Source of the DNA: an uncultured Actinomycetota bacterium
GTDB taxonomy: Bacteria; Actinomycetota; Actinomycetes; JAFAQI01
Assembly (NCBI GenBank): GCA_963770565.1
Contig: CAVYQE010000011.1
Span: forward strand, 896,001-960,000
Direction: 5' to 3'
Length of the DNA stretch: 64,000 bases
Under the pieces are notes generated by a model that worked only from the letters and a program-made list of their open reading frames with translations, searched no databases and was not told the origin of the DNA. A program made the translations under genes and the position numbers. Shown here piece by piece: positions 49,452 to 59,997 of this stretch. Each line of letters starts with the position of its first letter. The first letter of the stretch is position 1.

Positions 49452-50857
49452 CCATCTCCGATCCAGGGTTGCCATTCGTCGTCACCGTCATCGGTGCTTG
49501 GTGGATCAGAATCGGCGTAATGCCACGACTCGTCGTTGTCTGGCGGCGGGTCGTCCTCCGGCGGGTCGAGAAGCTCGATCGGATAGGTGCCGGCGTAGCG
49601 TGGTGTAGCGGAAGCCGAACGCACTCGTCCAGGTCTCGGTGCCGTCGGGGTTGAGGGTGACCGACCAGAGGCCGTGGGTCTTGAGGTTGTGATGCATGCG
49701 GCACAACGCGTGCAGGTTGTCCGTGCGAGTCCGGCCGCCGCAGCCGTGTGCAATTGCGTGATCGGCGTCGCATTTGATCGCGCGGCGGCTGCAGCCAGGG
49801 AACCGGCAGGTCCGATCGCGCGCGTCGATGATACGGCGCAGCGCGGCGGACGGGCGGTAGCTGGCACCGAGGTCGATCATCGTGCCGGTCATCGGGTCGG
49901 TGATCAGCCGGCGCAGCGTTGCGTCCTTGCTGAGCTCGACGTGCGGTCTCTGCGGTGATCGGCCCGTAGCCGGAGAGCTCGCCCGGCCGCTCGGTCAGGC
50001 CAAGCAGCGTGGTGAGGTCGATCGTGACGACGGTCTGGATGGTCGGCCGTGCGACGGCTTGCTCACCCAGCACGTATTGGGCCAGCGCATCGATGCGCCG
50101 CTGGCCGATCGGTCGCACGTCGCCGTCCCGGCCGAGCGCCTCGGCCCGATGCTCGATCGCGTCCATGACATTGCGCAGCGGGAGTGCGTCACCGGTCGCA
50201 ACCAGCGTCGCGCACTCGTGGTCTTCGGCATAGAGGGAGACGTCGCCGTACTGCTTTGCCTTGACGGCGCGATCCTCCGCACCGTCCGGGTCGAGGGCGA
50301 TCACAGCACGGCGGGCCGCGTTGGCGAGCTGCGTCGGCGTCCAGCCCCGCGCGATCGCCTGGGGCACGACTCGCGCGTCGACCGCTTCGGCAACCCGCGG
50401 CATGCACGCTCGAGTCGACGTGCTGAGCACCTTGAGGTGCGCCAACGTGAGGTCGCCACGGTTGAGTGCCTCCCACGACAGCGGGAGTGCGTCGCCGATC
50501 CGCTCGACCATCGCGACCCGCTCCATTGAGCTGCCGAACGAGACGTGCGTCATCACTGCGACGTCCTGCGCGACGATCTGGGCCGCGTCGTGCCCGGAGA
50601 GGAAGTCGGGGAGATCGGCGCCTCGAAGTGCCTCGGCAAGGGAGATCATCGATTGCGCCTGCACCCAGGAGGCCAGCCGATCCCACAGCGCGGTCATCCG
50701 AGCGGCCGTCGTACAGTCCATCTGCAGGCCTTGGAGGCGGGCAAGGGTAGCTGGCCAACAGCGGACCGACCGGCTGCTGTTCTGCTTCGGTCACGAGGAC
50801 AGCGACGCGCGCGTAGAGCGCATCCGTCGCCGGATCCGGCGCCCACCTCTCGTACAT
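49448..50857 (-). CDS. DUF222 plus HNH endonuclease (13E12-like); three apparent +1 frameshifts
   Basis: RRIDAL, GYGPI, RDRTCRFPGC..CDADH..NLHALCRMHHNLKT spread over frames (shifts near 50745, 49940 and 49598). Confidence 0.88.
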
Positions 50858-50860
50858 CTC

Positions 50861-50892
50861 TCGAACATACATTCGAATACCGGGTATGGCAA
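50861..50892 (-). promoter_or_regulatory. LexA box overlapping a sigma-A promoter of the HNH gene
   Basis: TCGAACATACATTCGA at 50861-50876; minus strand TTGCCA-N17-TATGTT-N6-ATG. Confidence 0.85.
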
Positions 50893-51243
50893 GCCCGCGA
50901 ATCGCGCCTGTGGACACGACCTCGAGTCGAGTAGGTCATGCTCGCAGGGTGAGCAACCACGCGCGCCGCCGGCGGGGGCCCGACGATCGCCGAAGGGGAT
51001 CGATCCGCCCGGCTTCTTCGGTCGCCTGCGCCGCTGGCTCGGCCCGGCACAGGGCAGGGACCGGTTCCCGCGACGCGGGAGCGGCAACCGCGCGGATGAA
51101 CGCTGCCGTGCGGGCGGGCTACTTCCGCGGCTCGCGCCGACAACGCTGACGGCGCACGACGCGGGCGGCCGACGGCCCACGCGCCACTGAGGACAGAACG
51201 CCGACCCGGCCAACCACTCGGTCGAGGTTGGCGTCTCGGAGTC

Positions 51244-52419
51244 GTGAGGATTTCGCCTCGGCGTGTGGCGATAGCGCGAGTGGTCGTGGTCGTGCTGGCT
51301 GCGGCCGGCTGCACCTCTGGTGGGCAGTCACATGCCGTCAACCACCGAGGGCCTCGGGCCTCACAGTTGTCCCCTTCGGCTCGACTCGCTGACCAGATCG
51401 AGGCCGTGATCGCGACTCGCCGGGCCGCGAGCCGAACGGGATCATGCCCACGTCGGTTGACCCACCCGCTTCGCCTGCTCCGAACTGCGAGCGACCTCGG
51501 TGGGTCCGGCATCGGGCTCAAGGTGTGCGCGGTCCGTCGTCTCACGGGCCGACAGGTGGCGATCGAATTGCGCAGCGTCGATGGGGTCGCGTCCGATCTC
51601 GAGACATATCAAGTCGGGACCAAGGCGGCTGCAGCCGGGTTGCCGCCCGTACTGCTGGCCGAAGAGCGTCGAGTGGCTGCTCATGCGGTTGACCAATCCG
51701 CGATCGTTCCGTCGGGTGGCATGGTCTGGGCTCGGACGACGTTGGGCCGAGCGCTGTACTTCACGCGCGATCCTTCGATCGCACTTGCCGAGGCGACCTA
51801 CGTTGCGGCGACGCGCTTGGGCTACCGCTACGGCTACCGCGCTCTGCGGGCCTATCTCGACTGTGACCTCGCGGACGACGCTTACTCCGCGGCGGCGGCG
51901 GTGAGGACAGCAGCGGGTTGCGCCCGGGGGCACCTGCCCAACCCGCTGCGCAGTGCGTTCGTCGGAGCCCTCGGTGAGCCCGACCTCGTTGCGGCCATCC
52001 GTGCGGACTCACAGCCCTGGGCGGCCGAGGAGTCGTTCTTGGTCGCGGACGTGCCAGCCCAGGACCGGCACCTTCCGGTGCTCGGTGCCCCCAACTTCGT
52101 CTACATCAACGGGTTCGGCGTGATCAGGCCGCGAACCGTGAGCTTTGGCGGCGACGAAGGAAGTCTGACTATCCACGTGCGGTGGACGACCTGGGGCAGT
52201 ACCCGAGCGGTCGGCTACGGTCAGGCGTGGATGCTCCGGCCACACGCCAAGGGAATGACCGACGGCTCATATCAATCGGACGAGGTCGTCGCCTACAACC
52301 GTGGCGACTGCGACGGGCACTACGCCTACCGCGACGTCAAATGGTTCTTCCCGCAGCTCGGCGAGCATTTCAGGCCGCACCATCGCGACAATCTGTGCAA
52401 TCCCACATTCGGTCGATAG
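51244..52419 (+). CDS. Hypothetical lipoprotein
   Basis: Lipobox LAAAGC; 391-aa ORF with less GC-biased codons. Confidence 0.7.
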   Translation: MRISPRRVAIARVVVVVLAAAGCTSGGQSHAVNHRGPRASQLSPSARLADQIEAVIATRRAASRTGSCPRRLTHPLRLLRTASDLGGSGIGLKVCAVRRLTGRQVAIELRSVDGVASDLETYQVGTKAAAAGLPPVLLAEERRVAAHAVDQSAIVPSGGMVWARTTLGRALYFTRDPSIALAEATYVAATRLGYRYGYRALRAYLDCDLADDAYSAAAAVRTAAGCARGHLPNPLRSAFVGALGEPDLVAAIRADSQPWAAEESFLVADVPAQDRHLPVLGAPNFVYINGFGVIRPRTVSFGGDEGSLTIHVRWTTWGSTRAVGYGQAWMLRPHAKGMTDGSYQSDEVVAYNRGDCDGHYAYRDVKWFFPQLGEHFRPHHRDNLCNPTFGR

Positions 52420-52535
52420 CCGTCGCTCGAATCGTTGCTCACCGCCGGCGCTTCGGTGGAAGGGCTGCAGGCTAGGTCCGTTCGGGCAGACACGCCACGC
52501 GTTTACGCGCGATCTACGTATCGCCCGTACACCGG

Positions 52536-53447
52536 TCAGTGGCGGGAGCGGGCCCGCCAGGCGTTGACCAGCGCGGGGGCGGCGACGATCGCGCGGCGCC
52601 GGCGGCGGACGCCGACCCGTCGGTCGAGCACCCGGTAGTCGGCCGCCTCGACCGCGTCGAGGATCTCGCCGTACAGGGTCGAGGCGGTCCGAATGCAGTC
52701 GCGGCTGGTGGGGGACAGCAGCCGGATCCCTGGCGCGGCCGACCGAAACAGCTCACGGGCCCGCGCGATCTGGAAGGCGAGCAGCCGGCGTAGCGGCGCA
52801 TCGACCACCCCGGAGGCCAGGTCGTCGCGGGTGACGCCGAACGTCGCCATCTCGTCCTTCGGCAGGTAGACCCGGCCACGCCGGACATCCTCGCCGACGT
52901 CACGGATGAAGTTGGTCAACTGGAACGCAATGCCGAGGTCGCGGGCATACGGCGCGGCGGCGAGAGACATCCCTGGCGTGGTGCCGAGCACGCGAAGCAT
53001 CTGCAACCCGATGACGGCTGCCGAACCGTGGGTGTAGTCCGACAGGTCGTCCCAGCTTGCGTACTCCGAGGTCGTGAGGTCCATTCGCATCGACCTGAGG
53101 AAGTCCTCGAAGTAGTGCAGTGGGATCGCGTAGCGGTCGATCGTGTCGTGCACGGCCGGAAGCACCGGATCGTCGCCGGCGCCGGACAGGAAACGGGCCG
53201 CCCAGTCCGCCAGCGCCTGGTCCCGATCGGCCACGCTGAGCGAAGGATCGAATGAGTCGACGATGTCATCGGCATGCCGGGCGAATCCGTATAGCGCGTG
53301 CACCGCTGGTCGTTTCGCAGCTGGCAGCAACAACGTCGCGAGGTAGAACGTGCGTCCGTGCGCGGCGTTGATCTGCCGACACGACTCGTACGACGCCCGC
53401 AAGACCGGATCGGTGACGCCGGCCGCATCGAGTGCCCGCGCAGTCAT
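52536..53447 (-). CDS. crtB: Phytoene synthase
   Basis: YGFARHADDIVD, QLTNFIRDVGED..RGRVYLP. Confidence 0.96.
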   Translation of the reverse strand: MTARALDAAGVTDPVLRASYESCRQINAAHGRTFYLATLLLPAAKRPAVHALYGFARHADDIVDSFDPSLSVADRDQALADWAARFLSGAGDDPVLPAVHDTIDRYAIPLHYFEDFLRSMRMDLTTSEYASWDDLSDYTHGSAAVIGLQMLRVLGTTPGMSLAAAPYARDLGIAFQLTNFIRDVGEDVRRGRVYLPKDEMATFGVTRDDLASGVVDAPLRRLLAFQIARARELFRSAAPGIRLLSPTSRDCIRTASTLYGEILDAVEAADYRVLDRRVGVRRRRRAIVAAPALVNAWRARSRH

Positions 53448-54928
53448 CGAATGCCCGGTCCGACAATGCGCTCCGCCGCGAGCCGGCCGGAGATCAACAC
53501 CATCGGTACGCCGACGCCGGGTTGGGTCCCGGACCCGACGAACACCACGTTGTCGAAGCCGAGGTTGCCCAGCCGGAACGGCCCGGTCTGACGCAGCGTG
53601 TGCGCCGCCGCAAACGGCGAGCCTCGCTCCATGCCACGTCGGGCCCAATCTGCTGGTGTCGTCATCGATTCCACGTCGATCGAGTCAGCGAACCCCCGAT
53701 AACCGAGCTGCTCGAGTCGTACCAGGATCTCATCCCGGTATCGCGGGCCGGTGCGATCCCAGTCGATGTCCGCGTCGAGGTTCGGGGTCGGCACCAGCAC
53801 GTAGCGCGACGAGCGCCCGGCCGGTGCGAGCGACGGGTCGGTCACGGTCGGCGTGCCGACCAGCAGAGATGGATCGGTCTGCAGCGTGTGGTCATCCACG
53901 AGCTCGCGAAACGTCGAGCGCCACGCCTGGCCGAAATGCACCGTGTGGTGGGCCTGGTCGCCGTGCGGGAGGCGCGAGCCGGCAAGTAGCAGCACGCAGG
54001 ACGGCGAGTAGCTGAGCCGAGAGATGCGCTTTGGTTGTGACGCGGCGCCGAGCAGTTCGCGCCACGCCACCGGAAGGTCGGGGTTGAGCACGACCACGTC
54101 AGCCGGGATTCGATCACCGTCCTGGGTGCGAACCGCGACCGCGCGGGGGCCGGACATCTCGACGTCGGTCACCCCGACTCCGTAGCGGATGTCGACGCCG
54201 TGCTTGACGGCCGCACCCGCCATAGCGCGCGGCACCGCATGGATGCCACCTCGCGGAAACCACACGCCGGCGACACAATCGAGGTAGGGAATCACCGCAT
54301 AGAGCGCGAGTGCGTCGTACGGCGAGAGCCCGGCGTACATCGCCTGGAAGGTGAAGATCCGTTGCAATCGTTGGTCTTTGACGTACGACGCGACCTTCGG
54401 CGCCAGCCGCCGGAAGCCACCGAGTGCGATCAGCCGGGCGAGCTGCGGCGTCAGCAGATCGCGCGGCGAGTCGAGGTTTCGGTCGATGAAGTGCCGCCAC
54501 TCGAGGTCATAGAGGCGCCGTGCGAAGGCCACGAACCGGCGGTAGCCGTCGGCGTCGCGGGGCCCGCACACGTCGAGGATCTGCTCCGACATCGCCTCGA
54601 CGTCGGCGATGACGTCGATTGTGGAGCCATCGGCGTACCGGGCCCGGTACGCCGGATCGAGGCGCTGCAGGTCGAGCCAGTCCTCGAGTCGTTCGCCGAC
54701 GCATTGCAGCGCGTCCGCGATGAGGTTCGGCATGGTCAACACCGACGGTCCGGTGTCGAACCGGTAGCCGTCGATCTCGAGCAGCCCGGCCCGGCCACCC
54801 GGGACCAGCGCCCGCTCCAGGACCGTCACCTGCCGACCCGCGCCAGCCAGCCGCAAGGCGGCGGACAGGCCGCCGAGCCCGGCGCCGACGACGACGACGT
54901 GGTCGGTCCGGCCGATGACCGTCCGCAC
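53444..54928 (-). CDS. crtI: Phytoene desaturase
   Basis: GAGLGG, FDTGPS, QTGPFR, GSGTQPGVGVPMVLISG. Confidence 0.96.
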   Translation of the reverse strand: MRTVIGRTDHVVVVGAGLGGLSAALRLAGAGRQVTVLERALVPGGRAGLLEIDGYRFDTGPSVLTMPNLIADALQCVGERLEDWLDLQRLDPAYRARYADGSTIDVIADVEAMSEQILDVCGPRDADGYRRFVAFARRLYDLEWRHFIDRNLDSPRDLLTPQLARLIALGGFRRLAPKVASYVKDQRLQRIFTFQAMYAGLSPYDALALYAVIPYLDCVAGVWFPRGGIHAVPRAMAGAAVKHGVDIRYGVGVTDVEMSGPRAVAVRTQDGDRIPADVVVLNPDLPVAWRELLGAASQPKRISRLSYSPSCVLLLAGSRLPHGDQAHHTVHFGQAWRSTFRELVDDHTLQTDPSLLVGTPTVTDPSLAPAGRSSRYVLVPTPNLDADIDWDRTGPRYRDEILVRLEQLGYRGFADSIDVESMTTPADWARRGMERGSPFAAAHTLRQTGPFRLGNLGFDNVVFVGSGTQPGVGVPMVLISGRLAAERIVGPGIR

Positions 54929-54936
54929 GGCCGCGG

Positions 54937-56001
54937 TCAGTCCGCCCGGCGCGTCGCGGCGCCGGCCAGGTCGATCAGCGCGTCGCGAGCCGCCGGTTCG
55001 AGATCGACGGCGCCGAGTGCGTAGATCGCGGTGTCCACCCGGCTGACGATCATCGACTCGACCGTGGCCGCGGCCTTGGTCGATGCGACCACCTCGAGGA
55101 GGGCATCGACCCCGGACTCGTCGAGGTCGGGGTCGCCGAGGTGCCGCTCGAGCGCGTCGCGACCGGCCGGCGATGCGCCGTCGATCGCGAGCGCGATCAA
55201 CACCGTGCGCTTGCCCTCGCGAAAGTCGTCGCCGGCCGGCTTCCCGGTCACGTCCGGATCGCCGAAGACGCCGAGCAGGTCGTCGCGCAACTGGAATGCT
55301 TCGCCGAGCGGGAGCCCGTACGCACTGAAGGCGGCGAACGCCTCCGGCGGCCCGGCACCGATCGCCGCGCCGAGATGCAGCGGTCGCTCGACGGTGTACT
55401 TCGCCGCTTTGTAGCGCGCGACCCGCAGCGCGCGCTCGACCGAGCCGCCACCCCGCGCCTGCTCGAGGACGTCGAGGTACTGACCGGCCATCAGTTCGAC
55501 CCGCATCGACTCCGCGATCGGGCCGGAGCGCTGCAGGGCGTCGCGGTCGAGGCCGCTGGTCGCGAACATCGCGTCCGACCAGACCAGCAGCAGATCGCCG
55601 AGCAGGATGGCGATCGCCTGGCCGAAGTCCGCGGCGGACCCGGCCCAGTGCCGCGCCGCATGCAGCGCGGCGAAGTGCTCGTGGGTGGCCGGCCGCCCAC
55701 GGCGGGTGGCGCTGCGGTCGATGACGTCGTCGTGGACGAGGGCGCAGGCGTGGAGCAACTCCAGGCTGGCAGCGGCCCGGACCAGCGGATCACCGTCCGG
55801 CGCGCCGACCGCGCGTGCGCCCCAGTAGCAGAACGCCGGGCGTAGCCGCTTGCCGCCACCGAGCACGAACTGCCTGGCCGCCTCGGTCAACGGGCCGAGC
55901 TCTTCGGCGATCGCCTCGACCGATGCGGTTTCGCCGGCGAGATAGTCCCGCAGCGCCGCCTCGACGCGATCGCGCAGGTCGCCGGCCATGGTGTCGAGCA
56001 T
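54937..56001 (-). CDS. crtE: Geranylgeranyl diphosphate synthase
   Basis: GGKRLRP, HDDVID, FQLRDD. Confidence 0.92.
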   Translation of the reverse strand: MLDTMAGDLRDRVEAALRDYLAGETASVEAIAEELGPLTEAARQFVLGGGKRLRPAFCYWGARAVGAPDGDPLVRAAASLELLHACALVHDDVIDRSATRRGRPATHEHFAALHAARHWAGSAADFGQAIAILLGDLLLVWSDAMFATSGLDRDALQRSGPIAESMRVELMAGQYLDVLEQARGGGSVERALRVARYKAAKYTVERPLHLGAAIGAGPPEAFAAFSAYGLPLGEAFQLRDDLLGVFGDPDVTGKPAGDDFREGKRTVLIALAIDGASPAGRDALERHLGDPDLDESGVDALLEVVASTKAAATVESMIVSRVDTAIYALGAVDLEPAARDALIDLAGAATRRAD

Positions 56002-56056
56002 CTCCCACCCGCGTCGCCCACGCTCGCCCGGTCCATGATCGTCGATACTGGGAGAG

Positions 56057-56983
56057 ATGACCGTTACGCCGCCACGCACGGTGGCGCGCAGCACCGCTGC
56101 GCGCCCGACCATCCGTGACCTGCTTGCCAGCGGGCGGCGGTCGTACTCCTTCGAGTTCTTCCCGCCCAAGACGCCAGACGGCGAGCGCACGCTCTGGCAT
56201 GCCCTTCGCCAGCTCGAGCCGCTGCATCCCACCTTTGTCTCGGTGACGTACGGCGCGGGCGGGTCGACCCGGGACCACACCGTCTCCATCACCGAGCGGA
56301 TCGCGGCGGAGACCACCTTGACCGCGGTCGGTCACCTGACCGCGGTCGATCACTCGGTGGCCGAGCTGCGCCGGGTCGTCGGCCAGTACGCTGCAGCCGG
56401 CATCCGCAACGTCCTCGCCCTGCGCGGTGACCCGCCCGGCGACCCGCAAGGCGAGTGGAGCGCGCACCCGGAAGGTCTCGAGTACGCCGCCGATCTGGTC
56501 CGGCTGGTGCGCGACGCCGGTGATTTCTGTGTCGGCGTCGCGGCCTTCCCGGAGAAGCACCCGCGATCGCCGGACTTCGAGACCGACGTGAAGTACTTCG
56601 TCGAGAAGTGCCGGGCCGGCGCGGATTTCGCGATCACCCAGATGTTCTTCCGGGCCGAGGACTACTTGCGCCTGCGCGACCGAGTGCACGCCGCCGGCTG
56701 CGACGTTCCAATCCTGCCTGGGATCATGCCGGTCACGAACGTGGCCCAGATCGAGCGGTTCGCGGTCCTGTCGGGCGCGGAGTTCCCGGCCGAACTGGCC
56801 GAACGGCTCCACGCGGTCGAGGACGATCCCGACGCGGTGCGACAGATCGGCGTGGAGGTGGCGACGGAGTTGTGCGAGCGACTGCTCGCCGAAGGTGCGC
56901 CGGGTCTGCACTTCATCACGCTCAACCGCTCGACGTCCTCGCGCGAGATATACCAACGACTCGGCCTGGCGAACGACCAGTGA
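56057..56983 (+). CDS. metF: 5,10-methylenetetrahydrofolate reductase
   Basis: [35 protein letters not shown]. Confidence 0.97.
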   Translation: MTVTPPRTVARSTAARPTIRDLLASGRRSYSFEFFPPKTPDGERTLWHALRQLEPLHPTFVSVTYGAGGSTRDHTVSITERIAAETTLTAVGHLTAVDHSVAELRRVVGQYAAAGIRNVLALRGDPPGDPQGEWSAHPEGLEYAADLVRLVRDAGDFCVGVAAFPEKHPRSPDFETDVKYFVEKCRAGADFAITQMFFRAEDYLRLRDRVHAAGCDVPILPGIMPVTNVAQIERFAVLSGAEFPAELAERLHAVEDDPDAVRQIGVEVATELCERLLAEGAPGLHFITLNRSTSSREIYQRLGLANDQ

Positions 56984-56993
56984 GTCGGTCACG

Positions 56994-57893
56994 GTGAAGC
57001 AGACCCGGGCCGCGGCTGTTCGGCGCCGCCGGCTTGCCGTCACGCTCTCGGCGTTTCTGTTGACGACGGTGGGCGTAGTGCTGGCCACCACGCTGCCGGC
57101 GAACTCGCACGCGCGGACCCACCACACCCCGCCGACCTCGCCACAACCCGACCCACAGCAGACTGCAGCCGCCCCTATGGTCGACTCGCTTCATCAGCTG
57201 CTGGTGAAGTACGTCGACTCCCGGCACGGTGCGGTCTCGGTCGCGGTCTACGACGCGGTCGCGAAGAAGCTCACCGTCGTACACCCGAAGGTGCGTGGAC
57301 GGACCGCGAGCATCGTCAAGGTCGACATCCTCGAGACCTTGCTGCATCGCACCGGCGGTCACCTCACCGCGGATCAACGCGAGACCGCGACGTCGATGAT
57401 CGAGAACAGCAACAACGACTCGGCCACCGAGCTGTGGAACGAGGACGGCGGCGCACCGGGTGTGCACGCCTACAACAACGACGTCGGCCTGACCCAGACC
57501 ACACCAAACGTCGACTGGGGCGACACGACGACGTCAGCGGCCGATCAGGTCACGTTGATCCGGACCCTGCTCACCAAGTCGACGCTGTTGACCGACTCGG
57601 CCCGGCGTTTCCAGCGCCGGCTGATGCGCCACGTCGAGGCCGACCAGCGATGGGGGATCAGCGGCGGGGTGCCGGGCACCGCGACCATCGGGATCAAGAA
57701 CGGTTGGCTGCCGGTCGACGAGGACAACGACCTGTGGGCGGTCAACAGCATCGGATGGGTGCACGGGAGCGGCAAGTACTACATGATTGCCGTGCTCACC
57801 CAGCATCAATCGACCGAGGACTACGGGATCGACACGATCCAACATGCCGCGCGGATCGTGTGGCGGCACATGACGGTCGCGCCGGCCCAATAG
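56994..57893 (+). CDS. Exported serine hydrolase, class A beta-lactamase-like fold
   Basis: ASIVK (SxxK), SNN, KNGW; N-terminal TM. Confidence 0.85.
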   Translation: MKQTRAAAVRRRRLAVTLSAFLLTTVGVVLATTLPANSHARTHHTPPTSPQPDPQQTAAAPMVDSLHQLLVKYVDSRHGAVSVAVYDAVAKKLTVVHPKVRGRTASIVKVDILETLLHRTGGHLTADQRETATSMIENSNNDSATELWNEDGGAPGVHAYNNDVGLTQTTPNVDWGDTTTSAADQVTLIRTLLTKSTLLTDSARRFQRRLMRHVEADQRWGISGGVPGTATIGIKNGWLPVDEDNDLWAVNSIGWVHGSGKYYMIAVLTQHQSTEDYGIDTIQHAARIVWRHMTVAPAQ

Positions 57894-57898
57894 GGGTG

Positions 57899-59455
57899 CT
57901 AGATCCAGTCGCCGGTGCGAGGCCGGCGTAGATCGTGCTCGACGATCGCCGCGGCGTTGCGCCCGCTCGCACCCCACACCCCGCCGCCGGGATGGGTCGA
58001 GGCACCGCACACGTAGAGGCCCGGGTGCGGACTGCGGTACGCCGACCAGCCCGGTGCCGGTCGCAGCCCGAACATCGAGTCGAGCTCGGGCTCGACGTGC
58101 ATGACATTGCCGCCGTGCAGGCCGAGCTCGCGCTCGAGGTCCAGCGGGGTCTGGACGAACCGATCGACGATCGATCCGCTGAACCCGGGTGCCCATCGGT
58201 CGACCGCTTTGACTATGCCGTCGGCGACCTCGTCCCGTCGCTGGTCCCAGTCGCCGGCGCGGAGCTGCCGCGGATGCCACTGCGCCCACACCGTGACCAC
58301 GTGTCGGCCGGCCGGCGCCAAACTGTCGTCGGTCGCGGTCGGGGTCATCACGATCATCGGTGGATCGACGGCCGGCTCGCCGCGGAGGTAGTCGCCGTAC
58401 GCGGATCGCAGCTGGCTCGTCGACCCGACCAGCAGTTGCATCGAACGATGCGCGCCGGGAATGTCGACGGCGTACGCCGGCAGGGCCGAGGTGAGCAGTC
58501 GAACCGCCATCCCGATGCCGTTGCCGACCCGGGTCGCGGCAGCGACGGCGTCGTCACCGACCAGCCTGGCAGTGTCGAGGATGTGGCAGGCACTCAGGAC
58601 TGCGCGGGCATCGATCCGCTCACCGGATGCGGTGATCACGGCGCACTCGCCATGCGGCGCAGCGATGATCGACGTTGCCCCGTCGCCACACCGCATGGTC
58701 CCGCCGTACGACGCACAGCGGGCCGCAAGTGCTTCGGTGAGCCGGCCGCTTCCGCCGCGCGGCCGCCCAGCCCGGCGCAGGTGAAACATCGCGATCGTGC
58801 CGGCCATCGGCGCGGTGCCGATGGCGTGCGGCGGCGGCCCGGACTGCGCGGCCCACCAGGCGATCGCGGCGCGCAGCCGGTCATCGACGAATCTGTCGGC
58901 AAGCAATGAATCGGCGGACGACATGAAGGTCCGGATCACATCGGCACTGCTCCCACCGTGGTGGCGGCGGACCGACAACAGGGATCGACTGAGGTGGCGC
59001 GCTGTTGGTGGCCGCGAGCCGGCGTCGAGGAACACCTTGACGTGCGGCGTCCACTCGTCGACGAAGCGCCGGTAGGCGTCGGCCTCGCGCGCGCCGCAAC
59101 TCGCCTCGATCGACGTGCAGGTGTCGTCGAGGTCCGCGCTGAACCGCAGCGGTCCGTCCGGATCGGGGCGCACTGCCCACGGCTCTAGGTCGTCGTACTG
59201 CAGGCCGACGGAGGCCAGATCGAGGTCCTCGACCAGGTCGGTGTGGCGGACCATGACGTGAATGCTCGAGCCGCGATCCACTCGCACCCCGGGCCAGCGT
59301 TCGACCGTCGACACCGCGCCACCGATCACGGTGTCGCGTTCGACCACCTCGACATCGAGCCCGCTCCGGGCGAGATAGCAGGCCGCGACGAGCCCGTTGT
59401 GGCCCGATCCGACCACGACGACGTCGCGTCGAGCCGTTGCCCTCGCCTTGCTCAC
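57899..59455 (-). CDS. CrtI-family FAD oxidoreductase, probable CrtO-type carotene ketolase
   Basis: GSGHNGL, QTPLDLERELGL.GGNVMH, GASTHPGGGV.GASGRNAA. Confidence 0.8.
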   Translation of the reverse strand: MSKARATARRDVVVVGSGHNGLVAACYLARSGLDVEVVERDTVIGGAVSTVERWPGVRVDRGSSIHVMVRHTDLVEDLDLASVGLQYDDLEPWAVRPDPDGPLRFSADLDDTCTSIEASCGAREADAYRRFVDEWTPHVKVFLDAGSRPPTARHLSRSLLSVRRHHGGSSADVIRTFMSSADSLLADRFVDDRLRAAIAWWAAQSGPPPHAIGTAPMAGTIAMFHLRRAGRPRGGSGRLTEALAARCASYGGTMRCGDGATSIIAAPHGECAVITASGERIDARAVLSACHILDTARLVGDDAVAAATRVGNGIGMAVRLLTSALPAYAVDIPGAHRSMQLLVGSTSQLRSAYGDYLRGEPAVDPPMIVMTPTATDDSLAPAGRHVVTVWAQWHPRQLRAGDWDQRRDEVADGIVKAVDRWAPGFSGSIVDRFVQTPLDLERELGLHGGNVMHVEPELDSMFGLRPAPGWSAYRSPHPGLYVCGASTHPGGGVWGASGRNAAAIVEHDLRRPRTGDWI

Positions 59456-59997
59456 AAGTCGACACCCATGAGGACGTAGGGCTCCGGGTTGCCGGGGAAC
59501 CGGAAATCGGTCCTCAGGTCGACGAAGCCGTAGGAGCGGTAGAGCAGGCGAGCCGGTGACTCGATGTCGGGCGTGGACAGTACGGCGCGGCTCCGCTCGG
59601 TCCGGGCCAGGAGATCGGTCATGAGTGCCCGGCCGAGGCCGCGATGCTGGTGCTCGGGGGAGACGTGCAGCTCGGCGAGCTCGAAGCTGTCGCGCAGCCA
59701 TCGAGCGGCGTCGCTGCGACCAAGCGCACCAGCGACGATGTCGTGCCACCACTGACCGGGCCGGCCGTCGTAGCCGTATCCGAACCCCACCAACCGGCTC
59801 GAGTCGCCTTCGTCGATGAAACCGCCGGCCGCGAGAAACCCTTGATACTCAACGTGAACTGCGATGATGTCGCGGCGCTGCACGACCACCTCGGGTGAGC
59901 GGTGCATCGCGGCGCCGTAGATCGACGCGGCCTCCCCGGCCAGCCCGCGGAACCGGTCGGCGTCGATGGCCTCGGCGCGGATCGGGGCTTCGGTCAT
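59452..59997 (-). CDS. GNAT acetyltransferase
   Basis: ELHVSPEHQHRGLG, ARLLYRSYGF. Confidence 0.92.
   Translation of the reverse strand: MTEAPIRAEAIDADRFRGLAGEAASIYGAAMHRSPEVVVQRRDIIAVHVEYQGFLAAGGFIDEGDSSRLVGFGYGYDGRPGQWWHDIVAGALGRSDAARWLRDSFELAELHVSPEHQHRGLGRALMTDLLARTERSRAVLSTPDIESPARLLYRSYGFVDLRTDFRFPGNPEPYVLMGVDL

Noticed and set aside
56994-57893. Bona fide beta-lactam resistance gene
   Set aside because: SNN and KNG variants and no clear omega-loop Glu166 motif; fits the generic actinobacterial serine hydrolase family
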